Part shown: piece after piece, positions 21,004 to 31,837 of the stretch
How positions within the stretch are numbered: the stretch's first letter is position 1
Layout: each line of letters starts with the position of its first letter
Source of the DNA: Promethearchaeota archaeon
GTDB taxonomy: Archaea > Asgardarchaeota > Lokiarchaeia > Sigyniarchaeales > SOKP01
Reading direction: 5' to 3'
Length of the DNA stretch: 64,000 nt
Assembly: GCA_048940925.1 (NCBI GenBank)
Contig: JBHLOC010000001.1
Location: forward strand, 128,001 to 192,000
Translations under genes and position numbers: made by a program
The notes under the pieces: model-generated
Told to the model about the DNA's origin: nothing
Database searches by the model: none
What the model saw: the letters and a program-made list of their open reading frames with translations, nothing else

Positions 21004-22224
21004 ATGAATAGAGATATTATAACCACTTTAAATCTTTCGGTTGTCACGTTTCTTGTATTATTAGGATTGAGTATTATCGCTCCAATATTACCTTATTATG
21101 CCGAGTCTTTTAATGTGAATTACACACTAGTTGGACTTGTTGTGGCGGCATTTGGGATAGCTCGTATGTTTATTGATTTACCTGCAGGATTTTTGGCTCA
21201 AAGATATAAAAAAAAGAGCTTAATGCTTTTTGGATTGATACTTGTATCCTTTTCCTCAATCATGGCAGGACTAGCCCAAAATTATTGGATCTTACTAATT
21301 GCTCGGTTTATTGAAGGATTTGGTTCTGCAATTTATGTAACAACTGCTACTATATTTATTGCATTGGTAGCTAGCCCAGAGAGACGAGGATTTTTAATGA
21401 GTATTTATTCCGGATTTTTATTATTAGGAGCAATTTTTGGACCGAGTTTTGGTGGTTTTATAGCGAATTCTTATGGTATTAATGTCCCATTTTTTGTCTA
21501 CGCTATTATATCTGCTAGTGGGATTATCCCAACTCTCATTTTACCTAATGTAAATAATTCGAATGATGATGGAAATATCAAGATACAGGAACTTTATCAA
21601 CAAGCATGGTATAGTTTAAAAGATCCAAAATTTATACCAGTACTTCCATCAATTTTTTCATTGTTCTTTATACGAACGGGAGTGAGAAGTACACTTGTAC
21701 CTCTTTTTTCCGAAAATGATCTTGGTTTAAATGAATTCCATATTGGCATACTACTAACTTTAGCGGGTATTGCAACCGCTATTACAATGGTACTTATAGG
21801 TTTAGTTTCAGATAAAATAGGACGCCGTACACCATTACTACTATCTCTTATTATTTCTGCTCCAATAACTCTATGGCTTGCTTTTACAACAAATTTTATT
21901 TATATTTCATTAGTTATGTTTATTTATGGAGCTATAATTGGATTATCGGGTCCAATTGCAGCTTACGTTACAGATATTGCTCCTAAAGATAAGCTTGAGA
22001 TTTATATGGGAGTGTATAGGACGATTGGAGACATAGGTTTCGTAATTGGACCATTGTTAATGGGATTTGTCGTAGATCTTACTATGTTTACTACTATGAG
22101 GGGAGGATCTCTTATAGAAGTGGTAGGATGGCCACCTTTCGCGGTAGCCGCTTGTATAATGCTTTTAACAGGATTAATTCTTCTTAAAGCACCTGATCTT
22201 AGGCAGAAGGATTTAATTACTTAA
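21004..22224 (+). CDS. MFS transporter
   Basis: About 12 TM; SDKIGRR. Confidence 0.9.
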   Translation: MNRDIITTLNLSVVTFLVLLGLSIIAPILPYYAESFNVNYTLVGLVVAAFGIARMFIDLPAGFLAQRYKKKSLMLFGLILVSFSSIMAGLAQNYWILLIARFIEGFGSAIYVTTATIFIALVASPERRGFLMSIYSGFLLLGAIFGPSFGGFIANSYGINVPFFVYAIISASGIIPTLILPNVNNSNDDGNIKIQELYQQAWYSLKDPKFIPVLPSIFSLFFIRTGVRSTLVPLFSENDLGLNEFHIGILLTLAGIATAITMVLIGLVSDKIGRRTPLLLSLIISAPITLWLAFTTNFIYISLVMFIYGAIIGLSGPIAAYVTDIAPKDKLEIYMGVYRTIGDIGFVIGPLLMGFVVDLTMFTTMRGGSLIEVVGWPPFAVAACIMLLTGLILLKAPDLRQKDLIT

Positions 22225-22444
22225 TTTTTTTCTTTCATCATAAAATATTCTTATGATTCATATTTGAATCCGAGGGCAAATGATCCAAAATTTTCTCTTA
22301 CCTTTTTTTCGCTTTGTTTATATAATCTTATTTCCAGCTCAATATACACTATTTTATAGCTTTTAAAATTAATCTTTAATTTCGGTAAATTTTTGGTAGG
22401 AAATCACGTTTTATGCAATATATTTCGATTTTGATTTGATAACT

Positions 22445-22653
22445 AGCGAATATTTACTAATAAATCCAATCCATTTTAAATTTTAATAGAAGACATTAGG
22501 ATAAGTGAAAATTAGACTAACCCAAGGGAAATAAGGGATTTAATAACCCAATATGAACATTATAAGGAATTTTAAAGGAAGAAATGGTAAGGACAAGATA
22601 TTCAAAATGAAGCTATCGATAGTGAGGCAAAAATAGAAAAACATTACGGATAA
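22445..22653 (+). pseudogene. Degraded 3' remnant of an acyl-CoA dehydrogenase paralog
   Basis: IRISEN*TNPREIRDLITQYEHYKEF*RKKW*GQDIQNEAIDSEAKIEKHYG* aligns to the C terminus of 19675..20925 (ARIGEIWTGTTEIMNLIIQHEYYKEIVSDKWLGRDVERDGIDANHEEEKHYG); left boundary approximate. Confidence 0.8.
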
Positions 22654-22711
22654 AGAATAATTGATATATAAAATAAAAAAAAGGTATAAAGGATTTTTTG
22701 GCTAATATTTA

Positions 22712-23959
22712 TTATTTGAACGAAGATATTATTCCTAAGTTTGAATCTAATAAATTTCCTAAACAAAAATAAATATTGCTTTTACTATCAATAAAAAATG
22801 AACCGACGGTTCCTACTTCCATTGGGTCTCCTGTTGTAAAACTTCTTGAAATTTGTGTATCTGTGTAAATTTTGAATAATTCCTCAATATCTATATTTCC
22901 ATCTTGACAATAATTAAGACATAATTCAGAAACTCTATAATATCGTTCTAAATATTTCAAAGGATAAATCATAAACGTTCTGAATGACTCATTTTCGTAG
23001 ATGTTTGCATCAAAAGTATAGCTTCCTCTTTTAATTCTCTCCAACGAATATGAATTAGGAATTGCTTCTATTGCTAACATAGTTCTTCTATTTCTTATAA
23101 TATAATTCCATCCTAATGTAAAGTTATTAGAAATAATAATGTCTTTTGCTTGTTTAACAAATTTAGTGTTTTCTAATGCATTTCTGTATATAATTGAGAG
23201 AGGGACACCTGAACATCCATAATTAAAGACTTCAATTAAATTTACAGAAATAGAAAGTCCCCATTTATTTATTCCACCCATAGCCAACATACTACCCATT
23301 CTAAATGAGAAAACTTTTTTGTTATTCATCTTCGTATAAACCCACGATACCGTAGGCATCATTAAGAGAGTAAGGTCAATTGTTTGTCCAAAAATTGTTT
23401 TCTTATTAGTATGAGATCCTATTGCAGTACAACCTCCCGCAATTAATGATGATTGTGGATAACCTGAAAGTGTTGGGATAATTTTTCCGTAGTAAATATC
23501 CCAAAAACAATTTTGGACTAGGACATCAATAAAATCAATTGAAATTTCGTAAATTTCACCCATAAATGGAATATTTACAACATCTATAGCATCAGCTATT
23601 CCATGCATTTCATATAGATATTCTTCAGGTATATATGGGAGATAATCCATTGTATAATACAACGCTAGATCATATGAAAGTCCTATTTCCTGAGCTTGGA
23701 GTATTATCATAAGTTTCATCCAAGCGATATGAAAAGCCAGGTTTTTACCTTCTAAAAATCCAAGGGTATAATAATTATCTGCTTCCACATATAAATAAGG
23801 TTGATTATTAGAAAATCTCCATTCAGCATAATTACTTTCAATATCATCTTTTGTACAGGCGTTAGCAAACGTTACAAATTCTGAACAAAAAGTTATTCCC
23901 AGAATGAATAGTAATAGAACTGATTTTTTTTTTGATTGCATTATTCTTATACCTAACAA
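22712..23959 (-). CDS. Secreted Ntn-hydrolase, peptidase C45-like
   Basis: N-terminal signal peptide; GG|CTA autocleavage Cys; GQTIDL; GINKWGL. Confidence 0.75.
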   Translation of the reverse strand: MLGIRIMQSKKKSVLLLFILGITFCSEFVTFANACTKDDIESNYAEWRFSNNQPYLYVEADNYYTLGFLEGKNLAFHIAWMKLMIILQAQEIGLSYDLALYYTMDYLPYIPEEYLYEMHGIADAIDVVNIPFMGEIYEISIDFIDVLVQNCFWDIYYGKIIPTLSGYPQSSLIAGGCTAIGSHTNKKTIFGQTIDLTLLMMPTVSWVYTKMNNKKVFSFRMGSMLAMGGINKWGLSISVNLIEVFNYGCSGVPLSIIYRNALENTKFVKQAKDIIISNNFTLGWNYIIRNRRTMLAIEAIPNSYSLERIKRGSYTFDANIYENESFRTFMIYPLKYLERYYRVSELCLNYCQDGNIDIEELFKIYTDTQISRSFTTGDPMEVGTVGSFFIDSKSNIYFCLGNLLDSNLGIISSFK

Positions 23960-24044
23960 AATGATTTGTAATAATATTTCTTAATTAAGAGATTTAAATC
24001 CCATGTATTCTCTTCTTATCAATTAAGAATAACTTATAAAAGAT

Positions 24045-24305
24045 TTATTTTAAAGCCTTCACTTTGAAATAATCAATAGTAATAGTATGCTTTGTCTCAA
24101 TAATATCTCCAATTATCAACACTTTTTGATTTAAAAAATTATGCAATACAGGATCTTTTTCCCACATATGGGTCTTTTTTCTTACAAGGACTTCTGTCCA
24201 TCTGCTTTTGTAATCATCCAATGGTGTAATGAAATATTCGGGTCCTTCCGATCTTGTACCCTTTCCTTTTATCACGGCATAAAGAGTTCCTCTAATCTCA
24301 TTCAT
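24045..24305 (-). CDS. Hypothetical protein
   Basis: 86-aa ORF with normal composition (GTRSEGPEY). Confidence 0.7.
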   Translation of the reverse strand: MNEIRGTLYAVIKGKGTRSEGPEYFITPLDDYKSRWTEVLVRKKTHMWEKDPVLHNFLNQKVLIIGDIIETKHTITIDYFKVKALK

Positions 24306-24404
24306 GGTTTAAATAATTATTTTATATATGTATTAATGATAATATAACAGAAAGTTTAAGGAAAATAACTAACCTCAACATTCTATGTAATTAATTATTA
24401 TGTT

Positions 24405-25559
24405 TTATTTTTGTTTAGATAAATAGCGGATTTTTACTAAAAGATCTCTTAATTCCATTTTATCATTCTCTGGAGTTAAATATTTCTTTTTAACTCCTTC
24501 TGATAGTGGAACTGTTTTAATTTTATTTCCTTGTAAAGATACCATATTCCCAAATTTACCTTCCAATACTAGTTTCATCGCTGCTAAGCCAAATCTTAAA
24601 CCAAGTATTCTATCGAAAGAGTTGGGATGTCCAGCACGCATGGTATGTCCAAGAACTACACTACGACATTCGAAATCGATATCATTTTTTTTAAATTCTT
24701 CTTTTAAGTCATCTCTTAAATTTAATTCCTCAACAATTATTTGAGATATTCCTAATTTAGCTAATAATGGATTCCCAAATACATCTTTAGGTAATTTATC
24801 AATTGTATCTTTCGATATTGTCTTAAAATCTCGATTTAAAGACTCAAAGCTTGGATAAGCGCCTTCTGATGTAGCAATTATATGATACTTATAACCCGCT
24901 TTAACTCTTTTTTTCAAAATCTCTATTACATCTCTGTCTAAATCAAAAGGAGTTTCAGGAATTAAAACTATATCAGCACCAGCTGAAATTCCACTATACA
25001 TTGTTAGAAAACCAGCATCTCTTCCCATAATCTCTACTATAAACACTCTTTGATGAGAATGTGCTGTAGTTGTTAAATTATCAAGTGTATCTGAGGCTAA
25101 TTGAACAGCACTCCAAAAACCAAATGTATAATGCGTTCCTGCCAGGTCATTATCTATAGTTTTTGGGACACCAACTACATTAGCTTTAGTAAATTTATAC
25201 ATAGAATCTGCGACTCCTAGAGTATCATCCCCTCCAATAACTATTAGGGCTTCAATTCCTAATTTTTCATATTGCTTGGTTAATTCTTTTGCCTTTTCTT
25301 CCTTTGAACTTACTCCCTTAAATGGGTTAGTCCTACTAGTATATAGGATAGTTCCACCGACTGTATGTAAGTCATCATGTTGTGCTATATCAAGTGGAAT
25401 TGTTTGATTTTCTATAAATCCTTTCCAACCTTTTAATATTCCAACACAATCAATCTCTGCATCATAAGCTTTAAGCATTATCCCATATATAACTGAATTC
25501 AAACCTGGACAATCTCCCCCTCCTGTTAAAATTCCAACTTTTTTTATTCGATTTACCAT
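24405..25559 (-). CDS. PfkA-family 6-phosphofructokinase, probably PPi-dependent
   Basis: TGGGDCPG, GGDD, PKTIDND, MGR; the GGDD+PKT pair is the PPi-type signature. Confidence 0.9.
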   Translation of the reverse strand: MVNRIKKVGILTGGGDCPGLNSVIYGIMLKAYDAEIDCVGILKGWKGFIENQTIPLDIAQHDDLHTVGGTILYTSRTNPFKGVSSKEEKAKELTKQYEKLGIEALIVIGGDDTLGVADSMYKFTKANVVGVPKTIDNDLAGTHYTFGFWSAVQLASDTLDNLTTTAHSHQRVFIVEIMGRDAGFLTMYSGISAGADIVLIPETPFDLDRDVIEILKKRVKAGYKYHIIATSEGAYPSFESLNRDFKTISKDTIDKLPKDVFGNPLLAKLGISQIIVEELNLRDDLKEEFKKNDIDFECRSVVLGHTMRAGHPNSFDRILGLRFGLAAMKLVLEGKFGNMVSLQGNKIKTVPLSEGVKKKYLTPENDKMELRDLLVKIRYLSKQK

Positions 25560-25639
25560 ATTAATTTACACTTTAAATCTCATGAAGTAATAACAAGTTA
25601 TTTTATAATTAAGAATCATAATTATTTTATATTTTATAT

Positions 25640-26209
25640 TTAATCTATTTTCGTTTCCTTAATTTTCTCAAATCTATATTTTGACTCTTCCCAGGGAATG
25701 ATATAACTTCCTCCTTGGGTGTCTGTTATTTTTAAACTAAATTTAAATTTACCATCAATAGCTAGCTTTAAATTACGAATTAGATCGTCAATTTCACTCT
25801 TTTCTGGATCATTTTCTTCAAGATTATTTCTATAAATTAAAAGCGCATTTTCAAATCGGAGTAATATACCTTCTACATTTGTATAATAAAAATCTGCTCT
25901 CGGACCAGGTTGGACTGTTAATTCTAATTCTGGAATTTCTAATTTACCCATTGGTGAACGATAGACTTTAGATTTAAGATCATCTTCATTTGTTATTTGT
26001 AAAGTCATAATCCCTGGTTTCATGTTTGTTGTTAGAGGGATAATATCATTTTTATGAAAATTACAAGCGTTACATTCAAATTTTAATATAAGCATTTTAT
26101 CCCCATCTGGAAGTTTATAAATACTCTTTATAATATCTATGGTTCCATCTTTACATGAAGGACATTTATAAGAATAAATTACTTCACTAATTCTGTTATC
26201 ATTAGACAT
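25640..26209 (-). CDS. ZPR1 zinc-finger protein
   Basis: CPSC...CNAC, IPELEL, TNVEG, D..GGS. Confidence 0.92.
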   Translation of the reverse strand: MSNDNRISEVIYSYKCPSCKDGTIDIIKSIYKLPDGDKMLILKFECNACNFHKNDIIPLTTNMKPGIMTLQITNEDDLKSKVYRSPMGKLEIPELELTVQPGPRADFYYTNVEGILLRFENALLIYRNNLEENDPEKSEIDDLIRNLKLAIDGKFKFSLKITDTQGGSYIIPWEESKYRFEKIKETKID

Positions 26210-26441
26210 ATAAATATTTCCTATTTTTTTTAAACAAAATAAATATAGAATTATTGTATTATTTCTTAAAATTGGTCTGAAATAATATTTCCTTGAAAAT
26301 AAATTAATTATTATAACAATTATTAATATAAATTCTATATTACTGTTTCATATTGCAGTTAAATAAGTAAAATCAATAGAACTTTTATTCATTGTGCCTT
26401 TATTGGACATATTGCATTCAATACAAATTAAGTATAGATAG

Positions 26442-27029
26442 TTGAATAAATTGTCAGACAACCAAAAGATTGTAGAAATAGCTATGCATTGTAGGGGGGG
26501 TCAAACCTGTATTACAGCAAGCCAATTATTGGCGGAAATGGCATTTGAAGAGGGATTCCAAGACACAATAGCTATCCCTATAATAGGAGCTGAACGAAGA
26601 GGTGCTCCAATACAGGCTTTTACGAAAATTTCTAAGAGTAAGGCTATTAAAACATATGATAGTGTAATTGATCCAGATTATATATTTATATTTGATAAGT
26701 CTTTATTAGAAATACCCCAGATAAAGGCTACAATAAAGGAGGGTGTAAATTTATTAATTAATAGTGCAGATCCAATTGATTCAAGTGATTTCCCGAATAA
26801 TTTGAAGATCTTTAATGTAGATGCTACTGGTATTTGTATTAAACATGATTTTATGCATGCAAGTGGGCCAATTTTGAATATTCCGATGTTAGGAGCCTTT
26901 GGTAAGATAACAGGGTATTATAACCTTAAAACAATGGAAAAAGTCATTAAAAAAGAATTTGGAGAAAATAGATTAGAAAAAAATATGAGCGTAGCAAGAG
27001 ACGCTTATGAATCTGTAAGAGAGATGTAG
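26442..27029 (+). CDS. porC: Pyruvate/2-oxoacid:ferredoxin oxidoreductase gamma subunit
   Basis: RGGQ, GAERRGAP, N.PMLGA. Confidence 0.9.
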   Translation: MNKLSDNQKIVEIAMHCRGGQTCITASQLLAEMAFEEGFQDTIAIPIIGAERRGAPIQAFTKISKSKAIKTYDSVIDPDYIFIFDKSLLEIPQIKATIKEGVNLLINSADPIDSSDFPNNLKIFNVDATGICIKHDFMHASGPILNIPMLGAFGKITGYYNLKTMEKVIKKEFGENRLEKNMSVARDAYESVREM

Positions 27030-27031
27030 TT

Positions 27032-27379
27032 ATGTCTGAATCAGAAAAATGGAAAAAAATTAATAAATCTGTTAAAGAACGTCCTAAAGTTCAAGAATAC
27101 AAGAATTGGAAAGAATTACCGCCTATTCCAATTTCATTACCTATTGATGGAAATATTGGTGAAACAGGTGATTGGAGAACTTTTAGACCAATTATTAAAG
27201 AAGGATGTAATAAATGTGGTATATGTTGGATGTATTGTCCAGAAGGTGTAATCCAAAGGAAAGAAAATGGAGAATTTGAGATTGATTTATTATATTGTAA
27301 AGGTTGTGGTATATGTGCTAAGGAATGTCCAACAAATAATATAGAAATGGTTAGAGAGAGTGATATAAAAGATGGTTGA
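27032..27379 (+). CDS. porD: 2-oxoacid:ferredoxin oxidoreductase delta subunit
   Basis: TGDWRTFRP; two 4Fe-4S motifs. Confidence 0.92.
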   Translation: MSESEKWKKINKSVKERPKVQEYKNWKELPPIPISLPIDGNIGETGDWRTFRPIIKEGCNKCGICWMYCPEGVIQRKENGEFEIDLLYCKGCGICAKECPTNNIEMVRESDIKDG

Positions 27380-28628
27380 AATTCAGGAAAATTTTATACA
27401 AAAGAGAGAAACTATCATAATAAAAGGAAATGTAGCAGCTGCATATGCTGCAAAATCAGCACGAGTTCAGGTCATTAGTGCATATCCAATAACTCCACAA
27501 ACTACAGTAGTTGAAAAACTTTCTGAATTTGTGGATAATGGAGAAATGCCTGGCACAGAATATATAAAAATGGAATCTGAACATAGCGTTTTTGCTGCTG
27601 TAGTTGGTGCTAGTAAAGCAGGAACTCGAACTTTTACTGCTACCTCAGGTCAAGGTATTTTTTATGCTCATGAAATGATTCACTGGGCTGCAGGAGCAAG
27701 ATTACCAATAATAGTTGCTATAGCATCTCGAGGTCCTGCCCCTCCCTGGAATATTTGGGCTGATTTCACTGATGTGATAAGTCAACGTGATACTGGATGG
27801 ATGAATTGTTTTTGCGCAGAACATCAAGAAATATATGACGAAATTTTAATGTCATATAAACTATGTGAAGATCCTAATATTCTTCTACCTAAGTTTGTAT
27901 CTTATGGAGGCTTTATTCTTTCCCATACCTCAAAACCAGTGATTCTCGAAGATCAAGATCTTGTAGATAAATTTTTGCCACCATTACCAAGTGAGGAAGG
28001 TTGGCCACATATCTGGATGGATCCAAAGAGACCAATGATGTTTGGTAATCTTATCATGCCTTCAAGTTTTTATTATGAATTTAGATTAAAAATTCATGAC
28101 GCATTGATACGAGCAAAAGAAAAAATTAAAAAGGTTGCTAAAGAATTTGAGAAAACTTTTGGGAGGAGTTATGGTAATGGATTAATTCAACAACATGAAA
28201 TGGATGATGCGGATGTAGGGGTAATTATTTATGGAGATTTAGCTTTACAAATGGAACAAGCAATAGATGATTTAAGAGAAGAAGGATATAAAGTTGGAAT
28301 GGTAAAATTAAGACATTTCAGACCCTTTCCAACAGAAGATATTATTGAAGTTGCAAAAAAAGTAAAGCTTCTTGGAGTAATTGATAGGGCAACTGCATTT
28401 GGTAGTCAGACTGGAGGTCCTGTAAGTTGTGAAGTTAAAGGAGTATTGCACGAAACCAAGGGAACAGCAACTGTATTACCGATTATTAATGGTTTAGGGG
28501 GTAGGGAAGTTTCACTTGAACAACAAAAAAATCAAATTATAAATTTGGTAAAATATGCTGAAACTGGAGAACTTCCAAAAGATGTGATTCATGGAACTCT
28601 CTGGGATGGTTTATTGGAGGTTGAATAA
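27372..28628 (+). CDS. porA: 2-oxoacid:ferredoxin oxidoreductase alpha subunit
   Basis: AYPITPQT, ESEHS, RPFP, GLGGR. Confidence 0.93.
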   Translation: MVEIQENFIQKRETIIIKGNVAAAYAAKSARVQVISAYPITPQTTVVEKLSEFVDNGEMPGTEYIKMESEHSVFAAVVGASKAGTRTFTATSGQGIFYAHEMIHWAAGARLPIIVAIASRGPAPPWNIWADFTDVISQRDTGWMNCFCAEHQEIYDEILMSYKLCEDPNILLPKFVSYGGFILSHTSKPVILEDQDLVDKFLPPLPSEEGWPHIWMDPKRPMMFGNLIMPSSFYYEFRLKIHDALIRAKEKIKKVAKEFEKTFGRSYGNGLIQQHEMDDADVGVIIYGDLALQMEQAIDDLREEGYKVGMVKLRHFRPFPTEDIIEVAKKVKLLGVIDRATAFGSQTGGPVSCEVKGVLHETKGTATVLPIINGLGGREVSLEQQKNQIINLVKYAETGELPKDVIHGTLWDGLLEVE

Positions 28629-28632
28629 AGAA

Positions 28633-29574
28633 ATGGTAAAATTAAAAGAAGCTATAGAATCTTACCAGGAAGAATATTTTCTTCCAGGGAATTCTTGTTG
28701 TGCAGGATGCGGTTTGGAAATAGCTCTCCGATGGGCAATGAAGGCGCTGGGACCTAATACTGCTCTTATAACTCCAGCTTCTTGCTTAAATGTCGTAGTA
28801 GGATTATGGCCTAAGACAGCACCAAATTTTCCATTTACAAATATGGCTTTTGCAGCGGGTGCGGCTGCCGCAACCGGTATGTCTGCTGCTTTTAAAGCAA
28901 AAGCATATAGATTTCCTGGTAAAGGTTGGGATGAGATGACGACAATTACATTCGCAGGAGATGGTGGTACTGCTGATATTGGAATTCAAGGTTTAAGTGG
29001 AGCAGCAGAAAGAAATTCTGATCAAATTTATGTGTGTTATGACAATGAAGCATATATGAATACAGGAATTCAAAGATCTTCAAGTACACCACATGGAGCA
29101 TGGACAAGTACAACCACTAAGGGGAAAGATCGCTTTAAGAAGAATCTCCCTGCAATTATGGTCGCTCACGATATGCCTTATGTAGCAACTTGTTCTATTA
29201 GTGAGCCACTTGATTTATTTGATAAATTCAAAAAAGCTAAATCGATTAAAGGTTGTAGATATATCCATATTATGGCTCCTTGTTGTACAGGATGGGGATT
29301 TAATTCTGAAGATACAATAGAAATAGCTCGATTAGCTGTGAAAACAGGATCATGGATTTTATATGAAGTAGAAAATGGAATAATGACATTGTCAAAAGCG
29401 AGTAAATCATTAAAAAACCCTTCTAAAAGAACTCCACTAATAGATTATCTTTCAAAACAGAAAAGATTTGCAAATATTTCAGAAAAAGATTTAATTGAAC
29501 TTCAAGAATATCTGGATCATACATGGAAACGCCTTGAAGCTGATTTAAGTTGTCAAGAACAATATCCAAAATAG
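28633..29574 (+). CDS. porB: 2-oxoacid:ferredoxin oxidoreductase beta subunit
   Basis: CAGCG, GDGG, YDNEAYMNTGIQRS; start placed at ATG 28633 after the porA stop. Confidence 0.93.
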   Translation: MVKLKEAIESYQEEYFLPGNSCCAGCGLEIALRWAMKALGPNTALITPASCLNVVVGLWPKTAPNFPFTNMAFAAGAAAATGMSAAFKAKAYRFPGKGWDEMTTITFAGDGGTADIGIQGLSGAAERNSDQIYVCYDNEAYMNTGIQRSSSTPHGAWTSTTTKGKDRFKKNLPAIMVAHDMPYVATCSISEPLDLFDKFKKAKSIKGCRYIHIMAPCCTGWGFNSEDTIEIARLAVKTGSWILYEVENGIMTLSKASKSLKNPSKRTPLIDYLSKQKRFANISEKDLIELQEYLDHTWKRLEADLSCQEQYPK

Positions 29575-29931
29575 TTTACAAATCCATTCATACTGTACTT
29601 TTTATGGTTAATATTTCCAGTTCAAAATTAACTTGTTTTCATAAATATTCCTAAAGAGAAAGAGAAAAAGGAGAATTAAATATAGAATAATTAAAAAAAA
29701 TATTATCTCTTAAAAATTTGAAATTTAGTTGGATAAAATTTTGCTTATAAAAAGGTATTAAGTTCCCAATAAAATAGTTACGAAGATATAAAAATTGATA
29801 AAACAACATTATAAACACGAGTAAGTATAAAAATTTGTATTATTTTTCTAATAAATACATTTAATTTTTAAATGAAAAAATAACGAAAAAAAATCTTATT
29901 TTATAATAAGCAAAAAAAAAAATTTTTATTC

Positions 29932-30591
29932 ATGGGATTTTTAGTTAAACTGGCAGGAAAACAATTAAAAGATATTAAAACTTATTTACAAATTGCTGTT
30001 GATTTTATAATTCAAGGAAAAGTAATTAGTTTCCCCACTGACAGTGTGTATGGAATAGGAGGGGATCCTCAAAATTTAGATTTAATAAACAGAATCTATA
30101 ATATTAAATTTCGTGAGAGATCAAAGGCATTATTACTTTTGGTTTCAGACTTCGATGAAGCTATAAAAATTGCTGAATTCAATAATACAGCGAAAAAACT
30201 GGCGAATCATTATTGGCCAGGGCAATTAACCTTAATACTAAAAAAAAAAGACCCATGTATTATTCCTCCAGAAGTAACTGCCTTTCAAAACACGATAGGC
30301 CTACGAGTTCCTGAAAATGAAATAATTTTGCATATATTAAAACTTTTAAAAACAAAAGGACATTTTGGAGGGATTATAGGTACTTCAGCTAATTATGCCG
30401 GAGAACCACCATCTATAAGTGGAGAAGAAGTAACAAAAAAGATATTAAGTCCCATAGATTTAATTATTGATAGTGGAAAATCAAAATCAAGACTTCCAAC
30501 TACGATCGTTGATTGCACTTCTGATGCAATTAAGTTTTTACGAATTGGAAAGATTTCAGAAGAAGAGATTATCGATTTTTTATCAAAGTGA
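29932..30591 (+). CDS. tsaC: Threonylcarbamoyl-AMP synthase Sua5/TsaC
   Basis: FPTDSVYG, WPGQLT, GLRVP, TSAN, TTIVD. Confidence 0.93.
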   Translation: MGFLVKLAGKQLKDIKTYLQIAVDFIIQGKVISFPTDSVYGIGGDPQNLDLINRIYNIKFRERSKALLLLVSDFDEAIKIAEFNNTAKKLANHYWPGQLTLILKKKDPCIIPPEVTAFQNTIGLRVPENEIILHILKLLKTKGHFGGIIGTSANYAGEPPSISGEEVTKKILSPIDLIIDSGKSKSRLPTTIVDCTSDAIKFLRIGKISEEEIIDFLSK

Positions 30592-30605
30592 AAAAGAGGG
30601 CATAA

Positions 30606-31121
30606 ATGAAGAATTTTAATCTACTAATCTCAACTTCTCGATATAATGAAACAAACGCAAAATCAGAATTGTGGTTTATTTTATTAATATGCGGGGATAA
30701 TTATCCAATAATATCAAGATTAACTCATTCAGGTTTAATAGCAGCATTAACTAATTTTAATGCTAAAAATATTATAAGAAAAATAAAAAAAATAAAAGAA
30801 AATGATCCTAATTTTTTCCAATTTATTCTTAAAGTAGTGCCTATTGATTTTGTATGCGAAAGTAATACTAAATTTATAGTTAAGCTAATACAGGAAAATT
30901 ATAAAGATTTCATTAAAGATGAAGAAACATATAAGATAGTATTAAAACGGAGGAAACACGAGAAAATAGAAAGAAATCATCTTATTGAGCAAATAGCTGG
31001 GAAATTAAGTAATAAAGTAGTGCTTGAAAATCCTGATAAAATTATTAGAATAGAAATATTAGGAAATTTTAGTGGTATCTCTTTTATTGAAAAGGATGGA
31101 ATTTTTAAGGTAAATAATTAA
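30606..31121 (+). CDS. THUMP domain protein
   Basis: LKVVPID, VVLENPDKIIRIEIL. Confidence 0.85.
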   Translation: MKNFNLLISTSRYNETNAKSELWFILLICGDNYPIISRLTHSGLIAALTNFNAKNIIRKIKKIKENDPNFFQFILKVVPIDFVCESNTKFIVKLIQENYKDFIKDEETYKIVLKRRKHEKIERNHLIEQIAGKLSNKVVLENPDKIIRIEILGNFSGISFIEKDGIFKVNN

Positions 31122-31132
31122 AATACTTATGC

Positions 31133-31837
31133 TTATCTAATTTTTATTTTTTCTATATTCAAAAGAGCCATCTTTTCACATATTAAGTCGTATAAAGCTA
31201 AAGCTGTTGAACCTAAATCAATATTTGTGTTTTTTTTTTCACCTAATTTAATTCCATAAGAGTTTAGAATAGAAAAAAATTGTTTATCAGAAATATCATA
31301 AAATTCTTTGATTGCAATTAGCTTTTCATGAGACAATGAGTTTACCGCAAGGTCAATTTCTTTTACTTTAAGTAGACTTATTATTTCAGAATTTATTTTT
31401 TCAATATTATTAGATTGTGAAATAATACAAAATAATAAATCTCCCTTTCTCAAATCCTTAATATTTATCCCAAAAGTCTCAATTCCTTTAATAATTTGAC
31501 GATTTGCTGATAAATATAATAAAATTTCAATATTTTTTTTATTTGAAATATTAGTATTATAATAGAAAGCCTTTTGCATATAATAACAGGCTGTGAAAAG
31601 ATGATTCTCATTTAAAAGATACTCATTTTTAACAAATTGGATTATTGAACCTTTATAAGTATTTTGGAGTGATTGTGTTAGTTCAAATAGATGGTATAAG
31701 GCATCTTCTTCATTATCTATTCTAAAAAATGTTAAGAATTGACTCAAATTGAAATTAATTTGATTAATTCCTACAAAATAGCTTAAATTGATTTCTTTGA
31801 TGTTAAATCTCTTTGTTATCACACTGGTAGTCTCCAA
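31133..31837 (-). CDS. cgi121: KEOPS subunit Cgi121-like
   Basis: EILLYLSANRQI...GI; EKMALL. Confidence 0.8.
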   Translation of the reverse strand: METTSVITKRFNIKEINLSYFVGINQINFNLSQFLTFFRIDNEEDALYHLFELTQSLQNTYKGSIIQFVKNEYLLNENHLFTACYYMQKAFYYNTNISNKKNIEILLYLSANRQIIKGIETFGINIKDLRKGDLLFCIISQSNNIEKINSEIISLLKVKEIDLAVNSLSHEKLIAIKEFYDISDKQFFSILNSYGIKLGEKKNTNIDLGSTALALYDLICEKMALLNIEKIKIR

